NCBI GenBank assembly: GCA_944387615.1
Contig: CALXFP010000001.1
Location: forward strand, 1,088 to 65,087
Length of the DNA: 64,000 bases
DNA from: an uncultured Oscillospiraceae bacterium
GTDB taxonomy: Bacteria > Bacillota > Clostridia > Oscillospirales > Oscillospiraceae
Reading direction: 5' to 3'
Each line of letters starts with the position of its first letter. Within the stretch, counting starts at the first letter, position 1. The position numbers and the translations under genes are program-made. Positions 46,498 through 60,345 of this stretch are shown here, one piece after another. The notes under the pieces were generated by a model that was not told the origin of the DNA, ran no database searches, and was given only the letters and a program-made list of their open reading frames with translations.

Positions 46498-47772
46498 ATG
46501 CAAACTTGTGCGATTGTTGGAATTAACTGGGGCGATGAAGGCAAGGGCCGGATGGTGGACCTGCTGACCCGGGATTTTGATGTGGTGGTGCGCTACCAGG
46601 GCGGCGGCAACGCCGGTCATACGGTAATCAATTCCTATGGCAAATTCGCTCTGCATCTGCTGCCTTCCGGCATTTTCCGTCCGGGTGTTGTGAACATTCT
46701 GGGCAACGGCGTTGCCTTGGACCCGGAGAACCTCTGGCAGGAGATGGAGCAGGTTACCTCCAAGGGGGTTGCCCTGACGCCGGAGAATCTGAAAATCAGC
46801 GACCGGGCATCTGTGCTGATGCCCTGGCACCGGGTACTGGACGGACTGGAAGAAGCCCGTCTGAAGGATAAAAAATACGGCTCCACCAAGCAGGGTATCG
46901 CGCCGTTCTACTCTGACAAATACCAGAAGAAAACCATTCTGGCAGGCGAGCTGCTGTATCCGGAGCAGCTGAAGACCCATCTGCAGGATCTGCTGGAGTG
47001 GAAAAACCTGACCCTCACCGGTGTTTACGGCGCACCTGCTGTGACCATGGAAGAGCTGGAGCAGTGGCTGGATAATTACTGTGAAAAAATCAAGCCCTTC
47101 ATCTGCGATACCGGCGCCTTCCTGGCCCAGGCCCAGAAGGAAGGAAAGAAGATCCTCTTTGAGGCCCAGCTGGGTGCGCTGCGGGATCTGGACTACGGCA
47201 TCTATCCTTACACCACCTCTTCCAATGCCATTGCTGCCTATGCACCGGTTGGTTCCGGACTGCCCAGTGTGAAGCTGGACGAAGTGGTGGGCGTAGTGAA
47301 GGCTTACTCCACCTGTGTCGGTGAAGGCCCCTTCGTCTGCGAACTGTTCGGAGAGGAAGCCGAGCAGCTGCGTCAAGCCGGCGGTGAATACGGCGCCAAG
47401 ACCGGCCGCCCCCGTCGGGTAGGCCCGGTGGATATTGTGGCTACCCGCTATGGTGTAGAGGTTCAGGGGGCTACCAACATTGCCCTGACCAAAATGGACG
47501 TGCTGAGCTATATGGATAAGATTCCTGTGTGCAGCCGCTATACCCTGGACGGCCAGCCCACCGATCGGTTCCCGTTCCCGGTGCTTCTGAACCAGGCAAA
47601 GCCTGTTATCGAATATCTGGAAGGCTGGAAGTGTGATATTTCCGGTGTCAGAACCTGGGAGGATCTGCCCCAGGCAGCCAAGGACTATGTTCTGTACCTG
47701 GAAGAGCAGATCGGCTGCCACATTGGCTACGTTTCCGTAGGCCCGGAGCGGGACAGCATCATTTACAGATAA
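46498..47772 (+). CDS. purA: Adenylosuccinate synthetase
   Basis: WGDEGKG, GGGNAGHT, TGRPRRVG, SVGP. Confidence 0.96.
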   Translation: MQTCAIVGINWGDEGKGRMVDLLTRDFDVVVRYQGGGNAGHTVINSYGKFALHLLPSGIFRPGVVNILGNGVALDPENLWQEMEQVTSKGVALTPENLKISDRASVLMPWHRVLDGLEEARLKDKKYGSTKQGIAPFYSDKYQKKTILAGELLYPEQLKTHLQDLLEWKNLTLTGVYGAPAVTMEELEQWLDNYCEKIKPFICDTGAFLAQAQKEGKKILFEAQLGALRDLDYGIYPYTTSSNAIAAYAPVGSGLPSVKLDEVVGVVKAYSTCVGEGPFVCELFGEEAEQLRQAGGEYGAKTGRPRRVGPVDIVATRYGVEVQGATNIALTKMDVLSYMDKIPVCSRYTLDGQPTDRFPFPVLLNQAKPVIEYLEGWKCDISGVRTWEDLPQAAKDYVLYLEEQIGCHIGYVSVGPERDSIIYR

Positions 47773-47782
47773 GGAGAGAATC

Positions 47783-49198
47783 ATGAAAGACCATTATGAA
47801 TCCCCCTTGGGTTCCCGATACGCATCGGAATATATGCTCCGGCTTTTCTCCAGCGATATGCGAATCCTGACCTGGAGACGGCTGTGGGTTGCCCTGGCCC
47901 GGGCAGAGCAGGAACTGGGCCTGCCGGTGACGAAGGAGCAGGTGGCCCAGCTGGAAGCCCATCTGACGGACATTGACTACGCTTGTGCCGCCGCCAGGGA
48001 AAAAGAAGTGCGCCATGATGTGATGGCCCATGTCTACGCCTACGGCAAAGTGGCACCGGACGCAGCAGGCATCATCCACTTGGGCGCTACCAGCTGCTAC
48101 GTTACCGATAATGCCGACCTGGTGATCTACCGCCAGGGCCTGGTGTACCTGAAAGAACAGCTGAAGAAAGTCCTGGCCAATCTGGCGAAATTTGCTGATG
48201 CCTACAAGGCTATGCCCACGCTGGGCTATACCCACTACCAGCCTGCCCAGCTGGTGACGGTAGGCAAACGAGCAACACTGTGGATGCAGGACTTTGCCTC
48301 CGACCTGGAAGAACTGGAATTTGTGATTCACAGCATGAAGTTCCTGGGCTGCCGGGGCACCACCGGCACCGAAGCCAGCTTCCTGGAACTGTTCGACGGC
48401 GACCGGGAGAAGATTGACGAGATGAACCGGCGCATCAGCGCCGCTTTCGGATTTGAAAGCTGCTTTGATGTCTGCGGCCAGACCTATCCCAGAAAGCTGG
48501 ACAGCCGGATTCTCAACTGCCTGTCCTCCATTGCCCAGAGCTGCTACCGGATGGCAAATGATATCCGCCTGCTGCAGCATGACCGGCAGGTGGAAGAACC
48601 CTTTGAAAGCAGCCAGATTGGCTCTTCCGCCATGGCTTACAAGCGTAACCCCATGCGCAGCGAGCGAATCTGCTCTCTGGCCCGATACCTGATGGCGGAC
48701 GCCATGAACGCCCCCATGACGGCTTCCGTCCAGTGGCTGGAGCGGACCCTGGACGATTCTGCCAACCGCCGGATCTCCATGCCCGAGGGATTCCTCTGCG
48801 CCGATGCCATTTTGCGCCTGGCGCAGAATGTTACCGACGGCCTGCACGTCAATGAAAAAATCGTGGAAAAGACCGTCCGGGAGTACCTGCCCTTTATCGC
48901 TACGGAAAATCTGATGATGGAAGCGGTCAAGCGGGGCGGCGACCGGCAGCAGATCCACGAGATTATCCGCACCTGCTCCATGGAGGCTACCGCCCGGATG
49001 AAGGCCGGAGAAAGCTGGGATCTGCTGGCGTCTCTGGCAGAACATGAAGAGTTCGGCATGAGCAAGGAAGAGATGGAAGCCGTGCTGGAGCCTTCCCTGT
49101 ACATCGGCAGATGCCCGGAGCAGGTAGAGCGGTATCTGGAAAAATTGCAGCCTATTTTGTCTGATGTAACCGCAGAAACTGCGGAGATTACCTTATAA
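47783..49198 (+). CDS. purB: Adenylosuccinate lyase
   Basis: [25 protein letters not shown]. Confidence 0.95.
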   Translation: MKDHYESPLGSRYASEYMLRLFSSDMRILTWRRLWVALARAEQELGLPVTKEQVAQLEAHLTDIDYACAAAREKEVRHDVMAHVYAYGKVAPDAAGIIHLGATSCYVTDNADLVIYRQGLVYLKEQLKKVLANLAKFADAYKAMPTLGYTHYQPAQLVTVGKRATLWMQDFASDLEELEFVIHSMKFLGCRGTTGTEASFLELFDGDREKIDEMNRRISAAFGFESCFDVCGQTYPRKLDSRILNCLSSIAQSCYRMANDIRLLQHDRQVEEPFESSQIGSSAMAYKRNPMRSERICSLARYLMADAMNAPMTASVQWLERTLDDSANRRISMPEGFLCADAILRLAQNVTDGLHVNEKIVEKTVREYLPFIATENLMMEAVKRGGDRQQIHEIIRTCSMEATARMKAGESWDLLASLAEHEEFGMSKEEMEAVLEPSLYIGRCPEQVERYLEKLQPILSDVTAETAEITL

Positions 49199-49211
49199 CG
49201 AGGAGTATACC

Positions 49212-50741
49212 ATGGAAGAAAAAATTCTGGTTCTGGACTTTGGCGGCCAGTACAACCAGCTGATTGCCCGCCGGGTTCGGGAGCAGCATGTTTACGCAGA
49301 AATCAAGCCCTACAATGGCATTACCCCCCAGCAGATTCAGCAGGCGGGCTACCGGGGCATTATCTTTACCGGCGGCCCCAACAGCGTCTATGATCCCGAG
49401 TCACCCCATTACGACCCGGCCGTTCTGGAACTGGGCATTCCCATTCTGGGTATCTGCTACGGCGCTCAGCTGATGGCCTATATGGCCGGCGGCCGGGTAG
49501 ACAGCGCCAAGGATTCCAGCGAATACGGCAAAACCCAGTTTTATACCAGCCAGAGCCTGCTGTGGAAGGACATTCCCGAAAGCAGCATCTGCTGGATGAG
49601 CCATACCGACTATATTGCCCAAGTCCCGGACTCCTTCCGGGTCATTGCCCATACCGACAAGTGCCCCTGCGCCGCTATGTGCGACGAAGCGCGCAAACTC
49701 TATGCGGTGCAGTTCCATCCGGAAGTGACGCACACCCAGTTCGGCAAGCAGCTGCTGACGAACTTCCTCTTTGATATCTGCGGCTGCGAGGGCAGCTGGA
49801 AGATGGAGGACTTTGTAGCCCGGTCCATTGAAACCTATCGCCAGAAGCTGGAGGGCAAGCGGGTACTGCTGGCCCTGTCCGGCGGCGTGGATTCCTCTGT
49901 GGCAGCAGTGCTGCTGCACAAGGCCATCGGCAAGAACCTGGTCTGCGTGTTCGTAGACCACGGCCTGCTGCGTAAAGACGAGGCAGACTTTGTAGAAAAT
50001 ACCTTCCGCCAGATTTTTGACCTGAACCTGATCCGGGTCAACGCCCAGGAGCGGTTCCTGACCAAGCTGGCGGGCGTAACCGAGCCGGAGAAGAAGCGCA
50101 AGATCATCGGTGAGGAGTTTATCCGGGTGTTTGAGCAGGAAGCCAAGAAGCTGGGCAAGATCGACGTGCTGGTGCAGGGCACCATCTATCCCGACGTGGT
50201 GGAAAGCGGCGCAGGCGATGCCTCCACCATCAAGAGCCACCACAACGTGGGCGGTCTGCCGGACGTGATTGCTTTCGACGAAATTCTGGAACCCCTGCGG
50301 GAACTGTTCAAGGATGAAGTCCGGGAAGTGGGCACCCAGCTGGGCATTCCCAAGGAACTGGTGTGGCGGCAGCCTTTCCCCGGCCCCGGTCTGGCTGTGC
50401 GGATTATTGGAGAAATTACCTGGGAGAAGCTGGAACTGCTGCGTCAGGCTGACGCGATTTTCCGGGAGGAACTGGAAAAGGGCGGTGCAAGCTCCAATCA
50501 ATACTTTGCCGTACTGACAGATGTACGCAGCGTAGGTGTTATGGGTGACGGCCGGACCTACGGCAGGACCATTGCCCTTCGGGCCGTGACCACCGATGAC
50601 TTTATGACGGCAGAGTGGACCCGGCTGCCCTATGAGGTGCTGGAGCGAGCCAGCAGCCGCATTACCAATGAGGTGAAGGGCATCAGCCGGGTAGTCTATG
50701 ACATCACCAGCAAACCCCCTGCCACGGTGGAATGGGAGTAA
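49212..50741 (+). CDS. guaA: GMP synthase (glutamine-hydrolysing)
   Basis: [29 protein letters not shown]. Confidence 0.97.
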   Translation: MEEKILVLDFGGQYNQLIARRVREQHVYAEIKPYNGITPQQIQQAGYRGIIFTGGPNSVYDPESPHYDPAVLELGIPILGICYGAQLMAYMAGGRVDSAKDSSEYGKTQFYTSQSLLWKDIPESSICWMSHTDYIAQVPDSFRVIAHTDKCPCAAMCDEARKLYAVQFHPEVTHTQFGKQLLTNFLFDICGCEGSWKMEDFVARSIETYRQKLEGKRVLLALSGGVDSSVAAVLLHKAIGKNLVCVFVDHGLLRKDEADFVENTFRQIFDLNLIRVNAQERFLTKLAGVTEPEKKRKIIGEEFIRVFEQEAKKLGKIDVLVQGTIYPDVVESGAGDASTIKSHHNVGGLPDVIAFDEILEPLRELFKDEVREVGTQLGIPKELVWRQPFPGPGLAVRIIGEITWEKLELLRQADAIFREELEKGGASSNQYFAVLTDVRSVGVMGDGRTYGRTIALRAVTTDDFMTAEWTRLPYEVLERASSRITNEVKGISRVVYDITSKPPATVEWE

Positions 50742-50785
50742 TACGAATCCATCTTTGATCCAAATAACGAATCAGGAGGTTTCCT

Positions 50786-54224
<3,439 letters not shown>

Positions 54225-54355
54225 AGTTTCCTCGTTTTCAACCGGGAAATGTGTGGGATTTGCCACTGGAAAATAGGAAAACGCTGTGATATAATCAAAG
54301 AAAACATAGTATCGCAGCGCAGAAGGAAATTGCCTCTGCGGGAACAGGAGATCTT

Positions 54356-55096
54356 ATGGAACTGGATATTCAGAAGGTAAAACAGGATTTGGTTCAATGG
54401 GTACGGGACTGGTTTGACAAGAATGGTCCCGGCTGCAATGCAGTGATCGGCATTTCCGGCGGCAAGGACAGCTCTGTCTGCGCTGCTCTGTGCGTGGAAG
54501 CTTTGGGCCGGGGCCGGGTCATCGGCGTGCTGATGCCCAACGGCATTCAGGATGATATCGATGACAGCTACCAGCTGGTGCAGCATCTGGGCATCCGGCA
54601 TTTCACCATTCCCATCGGTGTTCCGGTGGCAGGTGTTCACGAGGAACTGCAGCATGTGGGCATTGCCGCTTCCGAACAGACGGTAATCAATCTGCCCCCC
54701 AGAATCCGGATGTGCGTGCTCTATGCCGTGTCCCAGTCCATGAATGGCCGGGTGATCAATACCTGCAACCTGTCTGAGGACTGGGTCGGTTATTCCACCC
54801 GCTACGGTGACAGCGCCGGTGACGTGTCCCCCCTGGGCAAGCTGACGGTGCAGGAAGTGAAGAAACTGGGCCGGGCTTTGGGCCTGCCGGAGAACCTGGT
54901 GGAAAAGACGCCCTCTGACGGTCTCAGCGGCAAGTCCGACGAAGATAAGCTGGGCTTTACCTACGCTACCCTGGACCGCTACATCCGGGAAGGCATTTGC
55001 CCGGACGAAGCTACCCGGAAACGGATTGACGATCTGCATGAGAAGAATCTATTCAAGCTGGCGCTGATGCCCACCTTTAACCCCAATCAGAACTAA
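54356..55096 (+). CDS. nadE: NH3-dependent NAD+ synthetase
   Basis: SGGKDS, RIRM, GYSTRYGD, PSDGL..DE; no glutaminase domain. Confidence 0.92.
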   Translation: MELDIQKVKQDLVQWVRDWFDKNGPGCNAVIGISGGKDSSVCAALCVEALGRGRVIGVLMPNGIQDDIDDSYQLVQHLGIRHFTIPIGVPVAGVHEELQHVGIAASEQTVINLPPRIRMCVLYAVSQSMNGRVINTCNLSEDWVGYSTRYGDSAGDVSPLGKLTVQEVKKLGRALGLPENLVEKTPSDGLSGKSDEDKLGFTYATLDRYIREGICPDEATRKRIDDLHEKNLFKLALMPTFNPNQN

Positions 55097-55142
55097 CGAA
55101 GCGGCCGGTCTCCATCAGGAGACCGGCCGTATTGGTTTCGGG

Positions 55143-55412
55143 CTAGAAAAATTTGCTGTCAGGATCCTCGATCAGCAGTTTTCTCTTCTTTTTCAGGTTG
55201 AGAAACCAGGTGCAGACGGCATATAGCAGGGCAAAGACACCCAGATATGCCAAAATGGACAGAAGCGGTGGGATGTCGGGCAGGAAAGAGGTGATGTTGG
55301 CGGCAAGAATGGATAGCCAGAAATTCATTCCCAGGGAAACGTGTTTCCGGGGTGCCATCACCAGTTCTTCATCCAATTCGGACAGTTCCTTAAACAAATC
55401 AAATTCACTCAT
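55143..55412 (-). CDS. Small membrane protein, probable anti-sigma factor
   Basis: ATGA overlap with the ECF sigma gene; acidic N-terminus (LSELDEELV) plus two hydrophobic segments; 89 aa. Confidence 0.6.
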   Translation of the reverse strand: MSEFDLFKELSELDEELVMAPRKHVSLGMNFWLSILAANITSFLPDIPPLLSILAYLGVFALLYAVCTWFLNLKKKRKLLIEDPDSKFF

Positions 55413-55954
55413 ACCGTATATTCCTCCTGTTGCAGAAGTAAACGCAGTTTTTCCCGGGTGCGGAAAAGGGTGACGGTTACACTGTTTTCCGTACATCCGG
55501 AGCTTTTTGCAATTTCTTTGGTGGATTCTCCAAAATAGTAGCGGCGTACAAAAAAGCTGCGTTCCTTTTTCCCCAAAGACCGGACAAACCGGTTCAGAAC
55601 CTCCTTCAGGGCGATTCGCTCCGGTTCCGGTACGGCGGAGGGGTCTGGAATACATTCCGCCAGTTCATCCAAAAGGACGGTTACGCTGCTTCTTTTTTGC
55701 GCCTGGGTGCGTTCCAGGTGGTGCAGAGCGGTATTCCGGGCGGTTTTTGCCAGATAGGCCCGGAAATATTTGGGTTTCGCCGGGGGAATGCTGTTCCAGA
55801 TTTGGAACCAGATGTCATTTAAGGCTTCTTCCGCATCGCAAACGCAGGGGAGAATACCAGATAGAATCCGGCGGCAAAGACCGCCGTACTGGCGTTCCAT
55901 CTGTGGCAGGGCCTGCTCATCCCGCTGCCACAGCAGAGTTACAATTTCGTCCAT
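55409..55954 (-). CDS. ECF sigma factor
   Basis: Region 2 DAEEALND..W...ARNTAL; region 4 RRYYFGESTKEIA...LFRTREKL. Confidence 0.9.
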   Translation of the reverse strand: MDEIVTLLWQRDEQALPQMERQYGGLCRRILSGILPCVCDAEEALNDIWFQIWNSIPPAKPKYFRAYLAKTARNTALHHLERTQAQKRSSVTVLLDELAECIPDPSAVPEPERIALKEVLNRFVRSLGKKERSFFVRRYYFGESTKEIAKSSGCTENSVTVTLFRTREKLRLLLQQEEYTV

Positions 55955-56066
55955 GGTACTGCCTCCTTCTGCTTTCTTAGACCGGAATCGGAAGAAGATC
56001 CTTACAGATCATTTCTGCATTTTTATAGAAAATGTCCCCAGTTCCACCGGGAACTGGGGACGAATT

Positions 56067-57284
56067 TTATTTTGCCGACAGATCCACGGCTCTGCGAATC
56101 AGAGAGTGGGCAGGGACGGCTTTGGGCAGCTGGATGGAGAAGATCATCTGGGGCTTTTTCGGCTCTTCCAGAGGATTGCCTTCTTCGTCAAACATACCTT
56201 CAGCGGTGATGGAGAAGGGGCGCAGGTCAGGGCCAACCACTTCCAGGGCATCGCCTTTGCGGAATTTGTTGTTCAGGCTGCACCGGGCCAGACCCGTTTC
56301 GTCGCAGGATTCCACCTTGGCGCAAATCTGCCACTGGCGGATGTAGCGGGAATTTTCCACATACTGTCCCGGCTCACCGAAGTAAAATCCGGTGGAGTAA
56401 ATCCGATGGGATACATGCTCCACTTCTTCCCGCCAGACTGGGTCCATGGGGCGGCCTGCGGCCACATCGTCAATGCAGTGCCGGTAAGCACCGGTGACGA
56501 TGGCAGCATAGTAGGCAGACTTTGCCCGGCCTTCAATCTTGATGCAGTCCACACCGGCGTCCATCAGTTCTTTCAGATGGTCGATCATGCACATATCCCG
56601 GGAGTTGAGAATGTAAGTACCTTTTTCGTCCTCAAAAACCGGGAAATACTCTCCGGGCCGCTTCTCTTCCATCAGGGCGTACTGATACCGGCAGGGCTGG
56701 GCACAGGCACCCCGGTTGGCGTCCCGCCCGGTCATGTAGTTGCTCAGAAGACACCGGCCGGAGTAGCTGACGCACATAGCGCCATGGCCGAAGGTTTCAA
56801 TCTCCAGTTCCTGGGGAACCTTCTCCCGAATCCGGATAATTTCCGGCAGGCTCAGCTCCCGGGCCAGCACCACCCGAGTGGCACCCAGGTCATACCAGGC
56901 CTGGGCGCAGGCGTAGTTGGCTACGGACTGCTGGGTGGAGATGTGGCGCTGACAGTGGGGGGCGTATTTTCCTGCCAGGGTGAAAGCGCCCAGATCCGCT
57001 ACAATCAGCGCATCCACGCCCGCATCGTCCAGCTGCTCCAGATATTGGGGCAGCTGATCCACTTCTTCATTTCGGGGCATGGTGTTGACGGTGACGTGGC
57101 ATTTAACACCATGGTCGTGGGCGAATTTTACGGCGGCGGGCAACTCCTCCGGGGAAAAATTCCCCGCAAAGGAGCGCATACCAAAGCTGGTACCGGCAAA
57201 GTACACCGCATCGGCACCGTAAAGCACCGCCATTTTCAGCCGTTCCATATCCCCGGCGGGGCTTAGCAGTTCTAACTTTCTCAT
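56067..57284 (-). CDS. U32 peptidase family (TrhP-like tRNA hydroxylation protein)
   Basis: ELLSPAG, HGAMCVSYSGRC..S...CAQPCR, KIEGR. Confidence 0.9.
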   Translation of the reverse strand: MRKLELLSPAGDMERLKMAVLYGADAVYFAGTSFGMRSFAGNFSPEELPAAVKFAHDHGVKCHVTVNTMPRNEEVDQLPQYLEQLDDAGVDALIVADLGAFTLAGKYAPHCQRHISTQQSVANYACAQAWYDLGATRVVLARELSLPEIIRIREKVPQELEIETFGHGAMCVSYSGRCLLSNYMTGRDANRGACAQPCRYQYALMEEKRPGEYFPVFEDEKGTYILNSRDMCMIDHLKELMDAGVDCIKIEGRAKSAYYAAIVTGAYRHCIDDVAAGRPMDPVWREEVEHVSHRIYSTGFYFGEPGQYVENSRYIRQWQICAKVESCDETGLARCSLNNKFRKGDALEVVGPDLRPFSITAEGMFDEEGNPLEEPKKPQMIFSIQLPKAVPAHSLIRRAVDLSAK

Positions 57285-58909
57285 GATGCCTCCGCAAACT
57301 GGGCTCTGTAAGCCTCGTGTTCTTCGTAGGTGGTGGAGAACTGGTGCATGCCGGTGGCCGGATTCAGAACGTAGTAGTAATAGTCGTGGGCTTCCGGATT
57401 CAGAGCAGCCTGGAGGCTGGAAAGACCCGGGTTGGCAATGGGGGTGGGGGTCAGACCCACGTTGGTGTAGGTGTTGTAGGGGCTGTCGATCTGGGTGTTG
57501 ATGGTGGTATTGTCGCCGCCCTGGGCATAGACCAGCGCTGCGTCAATGTTCAGATAGGCAGGGGTATCGCCCCAGCGGAACAGACGATTGTAGATAACAC
57601 CGGCAATCTTGGGACTTTCGGCAGGGGCGGCGGATTCCTTCTCGATCAGGGATGCCACAATTACCACTTCCCGCACGCCATAGCTGCCGCCGGTGACGTT
57701 GGCGTTGAGGGTATCCAGCTGAGCACGCATTTCCTCGCTGAAACGGAATTCAAAGTTGTCCAGCATTTTCTCCAGCGCCTCTTTGGGGGAGGAGTTCTTG
57801 TAGAACTGGTAGGTATCCGGGAAGAGGAAACCTTCCAGGCAGTACTCACTGCCCCGGGGAATGCCTTCCAGGAACCAATGCTCGTCCAGTTCGCCGCTGG
57901 CGGCATAAGCACCGATGTCCACAGCGGTGCAGATCCGGTTTTCCTCCAGCAGGGCGAAAATCTGACGGCAGGTGTAGCCTTCCGGAATGGTCAGCTCCAC
58001 AACTTCACGGCTGGAACGGGGGGTCATGGCATTTACCATGGCGTGGTAGTCATAGCGGGTGTTCAGGTCATAGATACCGGGCTGAATGTCCTCCTCAGCG
58101 TCGGAAAGGTCGGCATAGAAGTTAAACAGACTCTTGTAGCGAATCAGGCCGTTGTCGTAGAGTTTGTTTGCAATGTCTTCCATGGTGTCCGATTCGTAGA
58201 TGGTCAGAGTCACCACCCGATCCTCCCGCCCGAAGGCCAGAACTTCCGAAGCGCAAATCCACATCATCCGACCGGCGGTGACACCGATGGCCAGAATCAG
58301 AGCCAGCCACACACAGGTTACCAGAATATTGGGGATACCCAGCAGACCTTCGCCTTTTTTTCGCTTGGGGCGGCCTTTCCGGACAGGCCGGACAGGTGCG
58401 GCAGGCTCTTCCGGGGGAGCATTGAACATCTCGTCAAATTCCTGCCCGTTGTCCCGATATTCCTGATCGGCAGAGTCAGGGGCAGCTTCCGGTTCTTCGG
58501 CCTCTGCCAGGTCCGGATCGTCCAGAATGCTCATGTCAAAAGGCGGCTCTTCTTCATCATGGCCCAGCATGCCATGATAGTTCATAGCCCCTTCATCCGG
58601 GGTGATTTCCTCACCCATGGCAGGATCGGTGAGCATATCCTGGGCGGTGTCCTGGGAAATGGATTCCTCATTGGGTTCCTCTTCGCCCACATCGGGAATC
58701 CGTTCCATGAAGGAGCTTCCTCTGCTTACGGGTTCGGTTGCTGGTTCGCTGTCTGCGGCATCAAAAGAAATGTCCACAGGGGGTTCTTCCACAGGAACAT
58801 CCGGCTGGGAAGAGAAGAATTCTTCTTCCAGTGTAGTTTCTTCCTCCGGAATGTCCGAAAAATCCTGGGGCAGAAACTCAGGCTGCTCAGGAAATTGTTT
58901 GTTGTCCAT
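57281..58909 (-). CDS. mltG: Endolytic transglycosylase with long acidic N-terminus
   Basis: TIPEG, LEGFLFPDTY, ASLIEKE, SPYNTY, PIANPG. Confidence 0.9.
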   Translation of the reverse strand: MDNKQFPEQPEFLPQDFSDIPEEETTLEEEFFSSQPDVPVEEPPVDISFDAADSEPATEPVSRGSSFMERIPDVGEEEPNEESISQDTAQDMLTDPAMGEEITPDEGAMNYHGMLGHDEEEPPFDMSILDDPDLAEAEEPEAAPDSADQEYRDNGQEFDEMFNAPPEEPAAPVRPVRKGRPKRKKGEGLLGIPNILVTCVWLALILAIGVTAGRMMWICASEVLAFGREDRVVTLTIYESDTMEDIANKLYDNGLIRYKSLFNFYADLSDAEEDIQPGIYDLNTRYDYHAMVNAMTPRSSREVVELTIPEGYTCRQIFALLEENRICTAVDIGAYAASGELDEHWFLEGIPRGSEYCLEGFLFPDTYQFYKNSSPKEALEKMLDNFEFRFSEEMRAQLDTLNANVTGGSYGVREVVIVASLIEKESAAPAESPKIAGVIYNRLFRWGDTPAYLNIDAALVYAQGGDNTTINTQIDSPYNTYTNVGLTPTPIANPGLSSLQAALNPEAHDYYYYVLNPATGMHQFSTTYEEHEAYRAQFAEAS

Positions 58910-58924
58910 AATTCTTCCTCCCGG

Positions 58925-59467
58925 TTACCGGATTACAATCTGCCGGGCAATGGCGTCGGCGGCTTCCTGGCCTTTCAGCGCGGCAATCAGGGCAAGACCA
59001 AAGGGAATGGCGCATCCGGCAGAGGTGCCGGTAATCAGCTTTCCATCGGTGACGGCAGCGGCATTTTCCGCCATCTTTGCGCCGCCCATTCCCGCTTCAC
59101 AGCCGGGGTAGCAGGTGGCATTTTTGCCGTCCACAATGCCCAGATCCGCCAGAACCGTAGGACCGGCGCAGATGGCGGCGGTGTACTTGCCGTTTTCCCA
59201 GGCGAAGCGAATCACATCCATGGCAGCCTGGCTGGCCCGGATAGAGGCAACGCCCTTCAGTCCGCCGGGAAGCACAATCATATCCAGGTTGGTCAGATCC
59301 ATTTGTCCCAGCTCCAGGTCGGCCTCCACGCCAATGCCGTGGCTTCCGTATACAACTTTTCCGTTAATGCCCACAGTGGCAGCGTCTACGCCGGCCCGGC
59401 GCAGCAGATCCAGGGGCGCAATGGCTTCGGTTTCTTCAAAGCCGGTACCAAGCAACATGTAAACCAT
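58925..59467 (-). CDS. DJ-1/PfpI (YajL/ThiJ) family protein
   Basis: GFEETEA, LPGG, AAICAGP, ATCYPG. Confidence 0.9.
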   Translation of the reverse strand: MVYMLLGTGFEETEAIAPLDLLRRAGVDAATVGINGKVVYGSHGIGVEADLELGQMDLTNLDMIVLPGGLKGVASIRASQAAMDVIRFAWENGKYTAAICAGPTVLADLGIVDGKNATCYPGCEAGMGGAKMAENAAAVTDGKLITGTSAGCAIPFGLALIAALKGQEAADAIARQIVIR

Positions 59468-59469
59468 AT

Positions 59470-60138
59470 TCAATCCTCCAAGCATGCCGCAACATGGCGG
59501 TATATTTCTTCGTGAATGTCTTCTATGGAGCGCATCTTTCCGTCGCGGACACACTGAATCATGGTCCAGCCGTAGAAGGCGGCGGCGCTGCGCCCAATGT
59601 GACGGCAGGTGGCCAGGTAACTGGTATCCTGCTCGTGAATGTCTGCGTGGGTGTGGGTATCCTGCTCCCGGCGGCGCATCAGCTGTTCGGTAAAGTCCGT
59701 GGGAACATCCAGGTAGATTACCAGATCCGGACGGGGAAGCCCCAGTTTGTCATATTCAAAATCATACAGCCAGGCCAGAAAATCCGACTGTTTTTCCGCA
59801 GGTTCTTTGGAAGTCTGGTGAACGGCGTTGGAAGTGGTATAGCGATCAGAGACGATCAGACCGCCGCCTTTATAGTACTGTCCCCAGACTTTCTGAAAGG
59901 ATGCATAGCGGTCCACGGCATAAAATGCCGAAGCTGCATAGGCGTTCACATCCCCGGGATGGGTGCCGAATTCTCCGCCCAGATACATCCGGATCAAAGC
60001 AGAACTCGGTTCGCTGTACTGGGGAAACACCAGCTGCTCAAACGCTTTGCCTTCCTGTTTCAGCCGCTGGGTCAGCAGCCGGAATTGGGTAGACTTACCG
60101 GAACCGTCGGTGCCTTCGATAACAATTAGTTTGCCCAT
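59470..60138 (-). CDS. tmk: Thymidylate kinase family
   Basis: IEGTDGSGKSTQ, DRY, PDLVIYLD. Confidence 0.85.
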   Translation of the reverse strand: MGKLIVIEGTDGSGKSTQFRLLTQRLKQEGKAFEQLVFPQYSEPSSALIRMYLGGEFGTHPGDVNAYAASAFYAVDRYASFQKVWGQYYKGGGLIVSDRYTTSNAVHQTSKEPAEKQSDFLAWLYDFEYDKLGLPRPDLVIYLDVPTDFTEQLMRRREQDTHTHADIHEQDTSYLATCRHIGRSAAAFYGWTMIQCVRDGKMRSIEDIHEEIYRHVAACLED

Positions 60139-60345
60139 TTCTGATCTCCTTATGGTATGGACAGAATAAGATATTCTACAATATACCATATTTTCCCCCT
60201 TTTGTCCACCATTCGGGGGGACGGCATTTCTTAATTTTCTGCAAACCCGATTTCGGCAGAAAACGGAGCAAAGGGAAAATAAGTTGCAAAGTATCAAAAA
60301 AGATGGTACAATTACCCAAAAGATTCTGAAAAAGGAAGCAGATAC

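Noticed and set aside
50742-50785. glmS ribozyme
   Set aside because: The intergenic gap is only 44 bp, too short for the ribozyme.
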